Below, one piece after another: positions 44,995 to 56,737 of a stretch of 64,000 nucleotides of DNA. The position numbers and the translations under genes were made by a program. Source of the stretch: an uncultured Pseudomonadota bacterium (lineage in GTDB: Bacteria > Pseudomonadota > Alphaproteobacteria > Rhizobiales > Xanthobacteraceae); NCBI GenBank assembly GCA_963804015.1, contig CAWDOW010000014.1, forward strand, positions 171,128 through 235,127, read 5' to 3'. Below the pieces are notes generated by a model. The model had not been told where the DNA came from, ran no database searches, and saw nothing but the letters and a program-made list of their open reading frames with translations. How positions within the stretch are numbered: the stretch's first letter is position 1; the number at the start of each line of letters is the position of its first letter.

Positions 44995-46146
44995 GTGATC
45001 GTGGCGTGCAAAAGAACAAGGGCCATAGCGGCAATTGCGATCGCGGGGATGCTCTGCATCTCCGCGATCGCGGCTGCCGCCTCCGATACGGGCCCACAAT
45101 GGCCGAACCTGTATCAGCCGCAATGGCCGAATGTTCCGGGCGAGCCGGGCTACGATCCAGCGAAGGTCACGCCGGCGCCTGCGCCTGAACCGGAACTGAT
45201 CACCGGATCGGTGCCAGCCCGCTCACCGGTCGCCGCGCGCTGGGGCGAGTTCAAGCAGCCGCCCGCGATCTTCGGCGAATTCGGCCTGCGCTATGTCTAT
45301 TCGTCGAACAAGACCGCGAAAAATCTCTACGACATCCCCGGCACCGCGATGGTGTCGCGGCTCACCTATAGCGGCATCAGCGGAAATGCGGGCGAAGGTT
45401 TCGGCCGCATCGAGCATACCAGCGGCTTCTACCTGAAAGGCTATATCGGCGCCGGCGTGCTCTCCGGCGGCCAATTGCAGGACGAGGATTTCCCTCCCTT
45501 CATCACGCCCTATTCCTCGACCATCAGCCAGCAGAGCGACGGCTATCTCGCCTATGGCGCGATCGATCTCGGCTTCAACCTGATCCGCCAGAAGGGGCTG
45601 CGCCTCGGCGTCTTTGCGGGCTATCACTATCTCTCCGAGTCGGTGACCGCTTTCGGCTGCACGCAGAATGGAAGCAATTCGGGCATCTGCGGCAATCCGA
45701 TCCCCGACACCGTCAAGGTGATCACGCAGAGCAACCACTGGAATTCGCTGCGGGTCGGGCTCGACGCCAGGATCGCGCTCGGCGATCGCTTCAGCCTCAA
45801 TCTGGACGCCGCCTGGCTGCCCTATGTGAAGCTGAACGGCACCGACAATCATTGGCTGCGCATCGGCAACTATCCCGGCGCCTTTACCAGTGGGGTACCC
45901 GAAGACGGCCAGGGCAGCGGCTACCAGCTCGAAGGGTCGATCGCCTACGCACTCAATCCCAATGTCAGCTTCGCGGTCGGCGGCCGATACTGGCGCATGA
46001 ATTCCAAGGGCCTCACCCATTTCGAGGATCACGTGGTCGGCTACACCGCCTATCCGCAGCCGGTCGAATGGAAAGTCGAGAATATCGGCGTGTTCGTGCA
46101 GGGCTCGTTCAAATTCGGCCCCTATCCGACCGGTGGCGTTTTCTGA
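44995..46146 (+). CDS. Outer-membrane beta-barrel protein, omptin-like
   Basis: Signal peptide, Pro-rich linker, amphipathic strands, SRLTY, DEDF, aromatic C-terminal strand. Confidence 0.72.
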   Translation: MIVACKRTRAIAAIAIAGMLCISAIAAAASDTGPQWPNLYQPQWPNVPGEPGYDPAKVTPAPAPEPELITGSVPARSPVAARWGEFKQPPAIFGEFGLRYVYSSNKTAKNLYDIPGTAMVSRLTYSGISGNAGEGFGRIEHTSGFYLKGYIGAGVLSGGQLQDEDFPPFITPYSSTISQQSDGYLAYGAIDLGFNLIRQKGLRLGVFAGYHYLSESVTAFGCTQNGSNSGICGNPIPDTVKVITQSNHWNSLRVGLDARIALGDRFSLNLDAAWLPYVKLNGTDNHWLRIGNYPGAFTSGVPEDGQGSGYQLEGSIAYALNPNVSFAVGGRYWRMNSKGLTHFEDHVVGYTAYPQPVEWKVENIGVFVQGSFKFGPYPTGGVF

Positions 46147-46181
46147 TTTAGTCCGGCGGCCCAAGACCGGATTCCCCAACC

Positions 46182-46541
46182 TTGCAACGTATCCTGCGCG
46201 CCACCCTCAACACCCTGAACGGGCTTCGCGCCGCGGCTTCCAGCGAAGCGGCCTTCCGGCAGGAGCTGTTCGCGCTCGCCTTGTCGGTACCGCTGGCGAT
46301 CCTGATCGGGACCGACAACTGGACCCGGCTTGCCATGATCGTGGTGGTGATGGCCGTCATGGTGGTGGAGTTGCTCAATACCGCGATCGAGAAGCTCGCC
46401 GACCGGGTAACGCGCGAGCACGATCCGCTGATCGGTCGGGTCAAGGACATGGGCTCGGCCGCGGTCGGGCTGACCATGCTGATCGGCGGGGCGGTCTGGC
46501 TGCTCGCCATTTGGCAGCGCATTGCCGCTATGCTCGGCTGA
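46182..46541 (+). CDS. dgkA: Diacylglycerol kinase
   Basis: EAAFRQE, ELLNTAIEKLAD, KDMGSAAV. Confidence 0.93.
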   Translation: MQRILRATLNTLNGLRAAASSEAAFRQELFALALSVPLAILIGTDNWTRLAMIVVVMAVMVVELLNTAIEKLADRVTREHDPLIGRVKDMGSAAVGLTMLIGGAVWLLAIWQRIAAMLG

Positions 46542-46581
46542 TCCGGCCGCATTGCCGGCGGCCGGTGGGCCGCGCTAGACC

Positions 46582-48326
46582 ATGGCCATGAATGTGCCGC
46601 CCGCAGGTCAACTCGCCATTGCCTTGGCCCAACTCAATCCGGTTGTCGGAGACGTCGCCGGCAATGCGGCCAGAGTGCGTGCCGCGCGCGCGCAGGCCAT
46701 GGACGCCGACCTGATCCTGTTCCCGGAATTGTTCATTGCCGGCTATCCGCCGGAGGACCTGGTGCTGAAGCCGGCCTTTCAGGCCGCCTGCCGCGAGGCC
46801 GTGGAAGCGCTCGCGCGCGAGACCGGCAAGGGCGGACCGGCCATGGTCGTGGGCACGCCCTGGGTCGAGAACGGGCTTCTGTACAACGCCGCGGCCGTTC
46901 TGGACGGCGGACGGATTGCGGCTTTGCGCTTCAAGGTGGACCTGCCGAATTACGGCGTGTTCGACGAGAAGCGGGTGTTTGCGCCGGGGCCGATGCCCGG
47001 TCCGGTGAATTTCCGCGGCGTGCGGCATCGGCATTCCGATCTGCGAAGATATCTGGGGACCGGAGCCTGCCGAATGCATCGCCGAGACCGGCGGCGAAAT
47101 CCTGCTGGTTCCGAATGGCTCGCCGTATCGGCGCGGCGTGGTCGATCAACGGCTTTCGGCCGCGGTCGGTCGCGTCAAGGATACCGGGCTGCCGCTGATC
47201 TATCTGAACCAGATCGGCGGGCAGGATGAGCTCGTATTCGAGGGCGCGTCCTTCGTCCTGAACGGCGACGGCTCGCTCGCCGCCCAGCTTCCGGCCTTTG
47301 CCGAGGCGATCGTGACCACGCACTGGACGCGCAAGGCCGACGGCTGGCATTGCGCGCCTGCCGAGATCGCCCCGCTCGATCCGCAGGACCAGTCGGACTA
47401 CACCGCCTGCATGCTGGGCCTGCGCGACTATGTCGGCAAGAACGGCTTTCCGGGCGTGGTGCTCGGCCTGTCCGGCGGCATCGATTCCGCGCTGGTCGCC
47501 GCCATCGGGGTCGATGCGCTCGGCGCCGAGCGCGTGCGCGCCGTCATGCTGCCCTACAAATTCACCTCGCAGGAATCGCTTGCCGATGCGGCTGCGGTCG
47601 CGGCCGCGCTCGGCATCCGTTACGACATCGTGCCGATCGAAAGCGCGGTACTCGGGCTCGAACGCACGCTGGCGCCGGTCTTCGAAGGTCTCAAGCGCGA
47701 CGTGACCGAGGAAAATCTGCAGGCGCGCGCCCGCGGCACCATCCTGATGGCCTTGTCGAACAAATTCGGTTCGATGGTGATGACCACCGGCAACAAGTCG
47801 GAAATGTCGACCGGCTATGCGACGCTCTATGGCGACATGAATGGCGGCTTCAATCCGATCAAGGATCTCTACAAGACCGAAGTGTTCCGCCTGAGCGAGT
47901 TGCGAAACACCTGGAAGCCGAAAGGCGCGCTCGGCCCCGATGGGGTCGTCATTCCGCAAAACGTCATCACCAAGCCGCCGACCGCGGAATTGCGCGAGAA
48001 CCAGAAGGATCAGGATTCGCTGCCGCCCTACGACATGCTGGATGGCATCCTCGAGCGTCTGGTGGAACTCGAACAGCCGATCGCCGACATCGTCGCCGCG
48101 GGCTTCGATGCGGGCGATCGTGACGCGCGTCGACCGCATGCTCAATCTCGCCGAATACAAGCGCCGCCAGGCGGCGCCGGGCGTGAAGGTGACGCTGCGC
48201 GGTTTCGGGCGCGACCGCCGCTATCCGATCACCAACAAGTTCCGCGATCCCGGCACCCCATTGCCGAAGCCGGACGCAACGGTCACTGCCGGCGTTGCGA
48301 CCAAGACCGAAGCGTACGATTTCTAG
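46582..48326 (+). CDS. nadE: Glutamine-dependent NAD+ synthetase (frameshifts near 47025 and 48110)
   Basis: Nitrilase domain [31 protein letters not shown]; synthetase [27 protein letters not shown]. Confidence 0.95.
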
Positions 48327-48336
48327 GGCAGCCGCA

Positions 48337-49250
48337 ATGAGCCAGACACATACCGGCAGCCCGGCCGCCAACCGGCGCGGCATGATCGCGGTCACCCTCG
48401 GCATGGCCGCCTATACGGTCAACGATACCTTCGTGAAACTGGTGGCGCGCGAATTGCCGTTCGGCGAGGTGATCTTCCTGCGCGGCGTGCTGTCGGTGAT
48501 CGTGCTGACCGCGGCCCTTATGATCGTCGTCGATTTGCGCAGCCTGGTCACAGCCTTCAATTCCAAGGTGCTGTGGCGCGCCTTGTTCGACGCGCTCGCT
48601 ACCGCGTTTTTCGTCGCAGCCCTCGTGCATATGAAGATTGCCGAATTGTCGGCCGTGGTGCTGACTTCCCCGCTGATCCTGACCGCGCTTGCCGCCTTCG
48701 TTTCGGCACCCAGGTCGGCTGGCGAAGCTGGAGCGCGATCGGCGTGGGCCTTATCGGCACATTGTTCATCGTCAAACCGAGCGCAGGCAGCATCGACGTG
48801 TGGGCGGTGGTCGGGCTGATCGCCGCGGTATTTTCGGCGCTCCGCGACCTCGCCACTCGCACCATCAGCCATGCGATCCCAACTCTCGCGGTCAGCGTCT
48901 ATGGCGCGGCTGCGGTCATGCTGTCGGGAGCGGCGTTCGGCGTCGCCGAAAATTGGGTGATGCCCAGTCTGTCGCAATGGGCGGCGGTTGCGGTCGCCGC
49001 CCTGTTCCTGGGTCTTGGGACCTACCTGATCGTGCTCGGCTTCCGGAATGTGGATATCCCGGCGGTTGCACCCTTCCGCTATACGCTCCTGCTGTGGATG
49101 GGCATCAGCGGCTATTTCGCCTTCGGCGAGGTGCCGGACCGCTGGTCATGGGTCGGTGCCGCCCTGATCGCTTTATCCGGTCTTTACGCGCTGCACCGGG
49201 AAGGCGTTCGCAGGCGCGAACTGGCCGCAACCGCCCTGCCGCCCGCCTGA
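48337..49250 (+). CDS. DMT/EamA family transporter (frameshift near 48705)
   Basis: NDTFVK, ALRDLATR, VAPFRYT, FGEVPD; about ten TMs. Confidence 0.87.
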
Positions 49251-49371
49251 CGGACCGCTGCGAACTTCCCATTGACGCCCGCCTTGCGCTTCTGAATAGC
49301 TTGCATGTCCGGCCGCATCGTCGGCAACACGGCGCGCGCCAGAACGCGGATTTTGAGGGGACGCCAATACC

Positions 49372-49958
49372 GTGCACGCCACTGCTCGCTGTCAGCCGTG
49401 TCATCGACGCGATCAATACGCGTCTCGGCAAATGGGTGTCGTGGCTGATCCTGGTCGTGGCTGTCGTCTCGGCCACCAATGCCACCATCCGCAAGCTGTT
49501 CGATACCTCGTCCAATTCCTGGCTCGACCTGCAATGGGTCATGTTCAGCATCGTGTTTTTGGTCTGCTCGCCCTGGACGCTGATCTCGAACGAGCATATC
49601 CGCATCGATATCGTGAACAACATGTTCTCGAAAAACGACGCGCAACGCGATCGACATTTTCGGACATATCTTCTTCCTGCTGCCCCTGACCGTGATCATG
49701 ATCGTGACCGGCTGGCCGTTCTTCTATACGTCCTTCCGCATCAACGAGCAGTCCTTCTCGGCCGGCGGCCTGCCGCAATGGCCGGCCAAGTCGCTGGTAG
49801 TGATCGGCTTCACGCTGCTGTTCTTCCAAGGCATTTCTGAACTGATCAAACGCATTGCCGTGATGAGAGGCGACATTCCCGACCCCTACGATCACAGCCT
49901 GCATCCGGTCGAGGCGGAAGCCGAACGGCTGCTCGCCGGTGTCAAGCAGGAACGCTGA
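49372..49958 (+). CDS. dctQ: TRAP transporter small permease (frameshift near 49635)
   Basis: SNSWLDLQW, NEHIRIDI, GGLPQWPAK, QGISELIK. Confidence 0.9.
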
Positions 49959-49982
49959 GGCGAGCGGCCGGAGCGAACAGCC

Positions 49983-51635
49983 ATGACCCAGATGCTGATT
50001 CACTACATGGCGCCGATCATGTTCGGCTCGCTGGTGATCTTCCTGCTGCTCGGCTATCCGGTCGCGTTTTCGCTCGCCGCCAACGGATTGTTCTTCGGGC
50101 TGGTCGGGATCGAACTCGGATTGTTCCGTCCCGACTTTCTGCAAGCCTTGCCCGAACGCGTCTTTGGGGTGATGAACAACGAGACGCTGCTGGCAATCCC
50201 GTTCTTCACCTTCATGGGGTTGATTCTCGAACGGTCCGGCATGGCGGAAGATCTGCTCGACACCATCGGGCAGCTCTTCGGCACCATCCGCGGCGGGCTT
50301 GCCTATGCCGTGATCTTCGTCGGCGCGTTGCTTGCGGCGACCACCGGCGTGGTGGCGGCCTCGGTGATTTCGATGGGCCTGATCGCGCTGCCGATCATGC
50401 TGCGCTATGGTTATGACCGAAGGGTCGCCACCGGCGTGATCGCGGCCTCCGGTACGCTCGCGCAGATCATCCCGCCATCGCTGGTTCTGATCGTGATGGC
50501 CGACCAGCTCGGCCGTTCGGTGGGCGACATGTACGAAGGCGCTTTCATTCCAGGCCTCGTGCTGACAGCGCTCTATGCCGGCTATATCTTCCTGGTTGCG
50601 ATGCTGAAACCCGCATCCGCCCCGGGCCTGCCGCTCGATGCCCTGACCTACAAGGAACCTGACGGGCAGCGCGGTGTGCTGTCGCTCGCGGTGCTGATAC
50701 TGGTCGCGACCGCGCTCGCCATCCTCTATATGCGCACGACCAATGTGAAGGGAGGCGCCGATTTCGTAATCCTGACCATGTCGGTGACGATCGCCATCGC
50801 GTTTGCGGTCGCGCTCGCCAACTGGCTGTTCGGCCTGAAACTCCTGTCGGTACTTGCCGAGCAGGTCATTTTCGTCATGGTGCCGCCGCTGGCACTGATC
50901 TTCCTGGTGCTCGGCACCATCTTCATCGGCCTTTCCACCCCGACCGAAGGCGGCGCCATGGGCGCGGTCGGCGCCTTGCTGCTCGCCATCGCCAAGCGAC
51001 GACTGACCATCGATCTCACGCGCCAGGCGGTCGAGTCGACCGCCAAACTTGCGGCCTTCGTGATGTTCATCCTGATAGGCGCCCGCGTATTCTCGCTTAC
51101 CTTCTATGGTGTCGACGGGCACAAATGGGTGGAGGAATTGCTACTCGGGCTGCCAGGCGGCCAGATCGGCTTTCTGATCATCGTCAACCTCCTTGTCTTC
51201 TTCCTCGCCTTCTTCCTCGATTTTTTCGAAATCGCCTTCATCGTCATTCCGCTTCTGGCGCCGGCGGCGACCCGGCTCGATATCGATCTGATCTGGTTCG
51301 GCGTCATGCTCGGGGTCAATATGCAGACCTCGTTCATGCATCCGCCTTTCGGCTTCGCGCTGTTCTATCTGCGCTCGGTCGCGCCACGCGATTTCTATTC
51401 CGACCGCGTCACCGGCAAGCGCATGCCGCCGGTCACGACCGGGGAAATCTACTGGGGCGCGGTGCCCTATGTCGTGATCCAGTGCATCATGGTGGCGCTG
51501 GTCATCGCCTTCCCGGCGATGGTGATGCACTACAAGTCTGGCGCGCAGCAGGTCAGTCCGGCCAAGATCGAGGAGCAGCTCAGGAACCTTCCTGGCATGC
51601 CACCGCTCGAAGACGATCTGCCGCCGATCAAATAA
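49983..51635 (+). CDS. dctM: TRAP transporter large permease
   Basis: GYPVAFSL, LLAIPFF, SGTLAQIIPPS, TPTEGG, HPPFGFALFYL. Confidence 0.94.
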   Translation: MTQMLIHYMAPIMFGSLVIFLLLGYPVAFSLAANGLFFGLVGIELGLFRPDFLQALPERVFGVMNNETLLAIPFFTFMGLILERSGMAEDLLDTIGQLFGTIRGGLAYAVIFVGALLAATTGVVAASVISMGLIALPIMLRYGYDRRVATGVIAASGTLAQIIPPSLVLIVMADQLGRSVGDMYEGAFIPGLVLTALYAGYIFLVAMLKPASAPGLPLDALTYKEPDGQRGVLSLAVLILVATALAILYMRTTNVKGGADFVILTMSVTIAIAFAVALANWLFGLKLLSVLAEQVIFVMVPPLALIFLVLGTIFIGLSTPTEGGAMGAVGALLLAIAKRRLTIDLTRQAVESTAKLAAFVMFILIGARVFSLTFYGVDGHKWVEELLLGLPGGQIGFLIIVNLLVFFLAFFLDFFEIAFIVIPLLAPAATRLDIDLIWFGVMLGVNMQTSFMHPPFGFALFYLRSVAPRDFYSDRVTGKRMPPVTTGEIYWGAVPYVVIQCIMVALVIAFPAMVMHYKSGAQQVSPAKIEEQLRNLPGMPPLEDDLPPIK

Positions 51636-51670
51636 AAAAAGAGCCGATGCAAGCACCGGCTCTTTCCTTT
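51634..51670. terminator. Bidirectional intrinsic terminator
   Basis: A-run, AAAGAGCCG/CGGCTCTTT stem, T-rich tail, between convergent dctM and dctP. Confidence 0.8.
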
Positions 51671-51686
51671 GGCAATTCAAGCTACG

Positions 51687-52812
<1,126 letters not shown>

Positions 52813-53049
52813 CTAGGCATCCGGTCCCATGAAAATCAAACCACGATCCGCAAGCCCGGCCGAGGTCAATCGTTCCGGCTTTCACAAATCATGGAGCCAG
52901 CGTCAACGTAAAAGAGCGGGCCGCCCTTCGGCAAGGCCCGAACGGTCGCGGCACTCCGTCCTGGGACCTATTTCATGGCCACCATTCTGGGGCGTCATTT
53001 TTGGCGGCCATTCCTTGTCGACTTTTCCGTGGCAGGCTTCGATTGCAGG

Positions 53050-53940
53050 CTATTTCAGGCCGGAAACTGCAAGCTTCGCGGCCGAGGCGGCTGCCAGCAG
53101 ATCCGCCGCCGTCACTTTCGGCTTTTCCGGGCGCGTGATGCCGGGATAGGCTTGGCCGAGCTTGGCGATGGCGTCCTGGACCGCCCTCGCCTTTTTCGCA
53201 TCCTGCAGGTTCAGCCACGGCAATACCGCGCCGGCCTGTTCTTTCGCCGCCATCGCAAAGCCGAGACCGTCGAGATAGGGCTCGAGATTGGTTTTGTCCT
53301 TTTCCGCCATCGGATATTGGGCGGCGGCGCGGTCGATCAATTCGGCGGCGACCTGGGCCCGTACCGCTTTCGCCGAGGCGTCCGATTTCGGCGCCTTCTT
53401 CTCCGCCGCGGCGAGCGAGGCCAGCACGGCATCGACGCGCTTCCTCACGTCACGGGCGGACTTCTTGTCGTTCGCGGCGCCGATCGTCGCTTCCAGCTTC
53501 TTGCCGAGATCGTTGACGCCGAGTTTTTTGAACAGCTCTTCCATCTCCGCATAAACTTCCGACATGCCATGCGCAAACATCTGCGCACCGGCTTCCTGCT
53601 GCTTGCCGGTGTAAGCAGCAAGCCCCGCATAATAGTGCGCCGCGATCACCTGCAATGCGACGCCGTACTCGACCGGATCCTTCGCGGCGGCCTCGATATT
53701 GATGCCCGCCTCGCCACCTTCACCGCCCTCTCCGCCTTCGCCACCCTCGCCGCCGGCGCCTGTGGTCATCGGCCGCAAGAACTCCTGCGCGGTCCGAACC
53801 TGGCCATGGGCACGCACCTGCATCTCCGAACTGGAACTCAGCGATGGTCCGTCCTGCGCGGCAGCCGGCAACGAGGGCGCACCGCTTCCGGCGATGATGA
53901 AGGCGCCGACGCCGATCCAGATTTTTCGATTTTTCTTCAT
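53050..53940 (-). CDS. Exported helical protein with (GGE)n repeat
   Basis: Signal peptide, GAGGEGGEGGEGGEGGEAG, AHYYAG, FAHGMSEVY, EPYLDGLGF. Confidence 0.78.
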   Translation of the reverse strand: MKKNRKIWIGVGAFIIAGSGAPSLPAAAQDGPSLSSSSEMQVRAHGQVRTAQEFLRPMTTGAGGEGGEGGEGGEGGEAGINIEAAAKDPVEYGVALQVIAAHYYAGLAAYTGKQQEAGAQMFAHGMSEVYAEMEELFKKLGVNDLGKKLEATIGAANDKKSARDVRKRVDAVLASLAAAEKKAPKSDASAKAVRAQVAAELIDRAAAQYPMAEKDKTNLEPYLDGLGFAMAAKEQAGAVLPWLNLQDAKKARAVQDAIAKLGQAYPGITRPEKPKVTAADLLAAASAAKLAVSGLK

Positions 53941-54019
53941 GGCCGATCTCACGAGCTGACGCGCCTGCCGCGTGCAAACACCCATAGTCCGCTGGCATGG
54001 CGAGGCCAAGAGCCGATGG

Positions 54020-54036
54020 ATTTGAATTGTTCCAAA
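54020..54036. promoter_or_regulatory. Irr box (iron control element)
   Basis: Reverse complement TTTGGAACAATTCAAAT vs consensus TTTRGAAYNRTTCYAAA (15/17), between divergent genes. Confidence 0.7.
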
Positions 54037-54085
54037 TCCCCGCTCCCGAATTGCGCAACGCGCTGAATTCAGGCACCAGACAGGC

Positions 54086-54748
54086 ATGCAAATCGTGATC
54101 GGCGATGTTCTGAAAGACGACGACCTGGTGGCTGTCCGCGACGCACTCGAACAGGTGCGCTTTGTTGACGGAAAAGATACGGCGGGGTTTGCGGCGCGGC
54201 GGGTCAAGGACAATCGTCAGGCCGACGCGCTCGATCGCAGCCTCGATCCGATGCGCGCGATGGTGGCAAAGCGCATCCTGGCGAACGACCTGTTCCGCAT
54301 CGCCGCGCGCCCGAAGCAGCTCTCCCCGCTGCTATTCTCGCGCTACGAACCCGGCATGGAATATGGCAGCCATGTCGATGACGCGCTGATGGGCGGCATG
54401 CGCACCGATGTTTCCTTCACGATGTTTCTGGAAGAGCCCGACAGCTACGACGGCGGCGAACTGGTGATCGAAAGCACGGGCGGCGACGACGCAGTCAAGC
54501 TGCCGGCCGGCGCCATGATCGCATACCCGGCCACGACGCTCCATCGCGTGGCGAAAGTCACGCGCGGCCGGCGGCACGTGATTGCCGGCTGGGCGCGCAG
54601 CTTCATCCGCGACGCCGCCCAGCGAGAGCTTCTGTTCGATCTCGATACCGCTCGCCGCACGATTTTCGCGCGCGACGGCAAGAGCGCGGAATTCGACCTG
54701 CTGTCGAAATCGCTCGCCAACCTGATGCGGATGTGGGCGGAAGATTAG
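54086..54748 (+). CDS. PKHD-type Fe(II)/2-oxoglutarate dioxygenase (PiuC/YbiX family)
   Basis: FVDGKDTAG, YGSHVDDA, RTDVSFT, YDGGEL, LHRV..VTRG, RELLFDLD. Confidence 0.93.
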   Translation: MQIVIGDVLKDDDLVAVRDALEQVRFVDGKDTAGFAARRVKDNRQADALDRSLDPMRAMVAKRILANDLFRIAARPKQLSPLLFSRYEPGMEYGSHVDDALMGGMRTDVSFTMFLEEPDSYDGGELVIESTGGDDAVKLPAGAMIAYPATTLHRVAKVTRGRRHVIAGWARSFIRDAAQRELLFDLDTARRTIFARDGKSAEFDLLSKSLANLMRMWAED

Positions 54749-54795
54749 CGCGCGACCGGCAAAAGTGGGCACCGGTTTTGCGTCCGATCGCGCGC
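54746..54795. repeat. RIME/Bru-RS-like palindromic repeat, single hairpin
   Basis: GCGCGCGA..GCAAAAGTGGGCACCGGTTTTGC..TCGCGCGC beginning at the TAG stop of the dioxygenase. Confidence 0.75.
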
Positions 54796-54805
54796 CATCG
54801 AATTG

Positions 54806-55390
54806 CTAGAGTCCGCTGCCGAACCGCGCCATGATCACGATCATGGCGACCTGCATCACCCCCTGGATTGCGACCACCCGCACATAGGTCCGCATCCAGC
54901 GCGTGACCTTCTCGCTGTCGGGCTTGGCTTTCAGCATCTCCAGATAAACCAGGATATTGATCGGCGTGAGGATGCCGAGCCCCTGCACCGTGAGCACGAC
55001 CAGGATCGCAAGCGCCGCCGCGACCCACCAGAATTCCGGAAAGCCGAGATCGAGGTAGCCCGTGCGTTTGGCAAGATAATAGCCCGCAGTGCCGGTAATG
55101 ATGGCCAGCGTCGGCATCAGCACCATGGTCTTCGGAATGAGTTGGCCGATCACGGTGCGCCGCGTCTCGAACGGCAGACGGCGCAGGATCGGACCGATCA
55201 CGAAACCCAGAAACAGATCGATGCCGGTCCACAGCACACCCGCCATGATGTGCACCCAGGTGAGAAACCAAAGGCTCGGACCCAGGATACCGACGAACAT
55301 CGCAGCGAAGGCCAGCGCGGCCATGACGAAATAGGCCGGGCGCAGCGCGAGCTTGCCCGCTTCGGCCGGCGCAGCGGCGACATCGCTCAT
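54806..55390 (-). CDS. Hypothetical integral membrane protein
   Basis: Five hydrophobic segments, WVHIMAGVLWTGIDLF; 6 nt downstream of mrp. Confidence 0.78.
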   Translation of the reverse strand: MSDVAAAPAEAGKLALRPAYFVMAALAFAAMFVGILGPSLWFLTWVHIMAGVLWTGIDLFLGFVIGPILRRLPFETRRTVIGQLIPKTMVLMPTLAIITGTAGYYLAKRTGYLDLGFPEFWWVAAALAILVVLTVQGLGILTPINILVYLEMLKAKPDSEKVTRWMRTYVRVVAIQGVMQVAMIVIMARFGSGL

Positions 55391-55396
55391 GTCGTG

Positions 55397-56533
55397 TTAG
55401 GCCTCGATTACGATTTTCGGCGCCGTGCGTCCGCTGCCAGGACCCGACAGAGCATCGCGCACCCGTTGCGCGATCTCGCGATAGACCTTGGCATGCGGGC
55501 CGTCCGGCTGCGTGGCGACCACCGGCAGGCCGGCATCGGAGGTTTCGCGGATCGTCATGTCGAGCGGCACCTCGCCGAGGAACGGCACATTCAGCCGTTC
55601 GGCCTCGTGGTGGGCGCCGCCATGGCCGAAAATGTCCGAGCGCGTGCCGCATTGCGGACAGACGAAATAGCTCATGTTCTCGACGATGCCGAGGATCGGC
55701 ACATTGACGCGCTTGAACATGGCGATGCCGCGTCGCGCATCGATCAGCGCCAGATCCTGCGGGGTGGAAACGATAATGGCGCCCGCCAGCGGCACCTGCT
55801 GCGCCATGGTGAGCTGCGCGTCGCCGGTTCCGGGCGGCATGTCGACCACCATCACATCGAGCGTGCCCCACTCGACCTCGCGCAGCATCTGCGTCAGCGC
55901 CGACATCACCATCGGGCCGCGCCAGATCATCGGCGTCTCTTCCTCGATCAGAAAGCCGATCGACATGACCGAAAGGCCATAGCGCTGGATCGGCTTCAGC
56001 CGTGTGCCGCCGATCGTCTCCGGCTTGTCCTTGATCGCGAGCAGCTTCGGCATCGAGGGGCCATAGATATCGGCATCGAGCACGCCGACCTTCAGGCCAA
56101 GATCGCGCAAGCCGAGCGCGAGATTGATCGAGGTCGTGGACTTGCCGACGCCGCCCTTTCCGGACGCGACCGCGATGATGGCCTTTACGCCGGGAACGCC
56201 GGTCGGTCCGCGCGGCTCGCCATGCGCATGCGGCGGCCGGGCGCCTGCGGCGGGAGCCGGTGCAGGCCGCGCAGCCGCCGTACCGCCCGCCCGTTCGGCG
56301 GTAAGCGCTATCATTGCCGAGGTGACGCCCGGCAGCGATTTGACCGCGTCCTCGACCTGTTTTCGAACCGGTTCCCAGGCCTTGACCGCGGCGGCGTCGA
56401 CGCTGATCGAAAAGAAGACCTTGCCGTCGCTGACGACGATATCGGACACCGCGCCACTATCGGTGACCTTGCGGCCATCGGGAGCTGCAATCGCCGAGAG
56501 GCGTTCGAGAATCTGGTCTTTGGTCGGCGCCAC
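55397..56533 (-). CDS. apbC: Mrp/NBP35 iron-sulfur cluster carrier ATPase
   Basis: SGKGGVGKST, DADIYGPS, WRGPM, DMPPGTGDAQL, ENMSYFVCPQC. Confidence 0.94.
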   Translation of the reverse strand: MAPTKDQILERLSAIAAPDGRKVTDSGAVSDIVVSDGKVFFSISVDAAAVKAWEPVRKQVEDAVKSLPGVTSAMIALTAERAGGTAAARPAPAPAAGARPPHAHGEPRGPTGVPGVKAIIAVASGKGGVGKSTTSINLALGLRDLGLKVGVLDADIYGPSMPKLLAIKDKPETIGGTRLKPIQRYGLSVMSIGFLIEEETPMIWRGPMVMSALTQMLREVEWGTLDVMVVDMPPGTGDAQLTMAQQVPLAGAIIVSTPQDLALIDARRGIAMFKRVNVPILGIVENMSYFVCPQCGTRSDIFGHGGAHHEAERLNVPFLGEVPLDMTIRETSDAGLPVVATQPDGPHAKVYREIAQRVRDALSGPGSGRTAPKIVIEA

Positions 56534-56663
56534 GCCCGCAATCTCCATACTGGATTTTTCAGATTGTCCTTGCTGCCTCCTAAATAGGGCGGGTTGACGG
56601 GCGCGCACAAGCCGTCACATTGGCGCCCGAACGAATGGCAGGGCGGCGTTTAAGTCGCCTGGG

Positions 56664-56712
56664 GGGCATGACGCCGAAAAATGTGAAGCGGTTTTCGGAC
56701 CGCATCATGCCC
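56664..56712. repeat. RIME/Bru-RS-like palindromic repeat, single hairpin
   Basis: GGGCATGA-CG-CCGAAAAATGTGAAGCGGTTTTCGG-accgca-TCATGCCC, homologous to 2310-2361. Confidence 0.8.
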
Positions 56713-56737
56713 AACCTGAAGGAACCAGGAGGAATCG

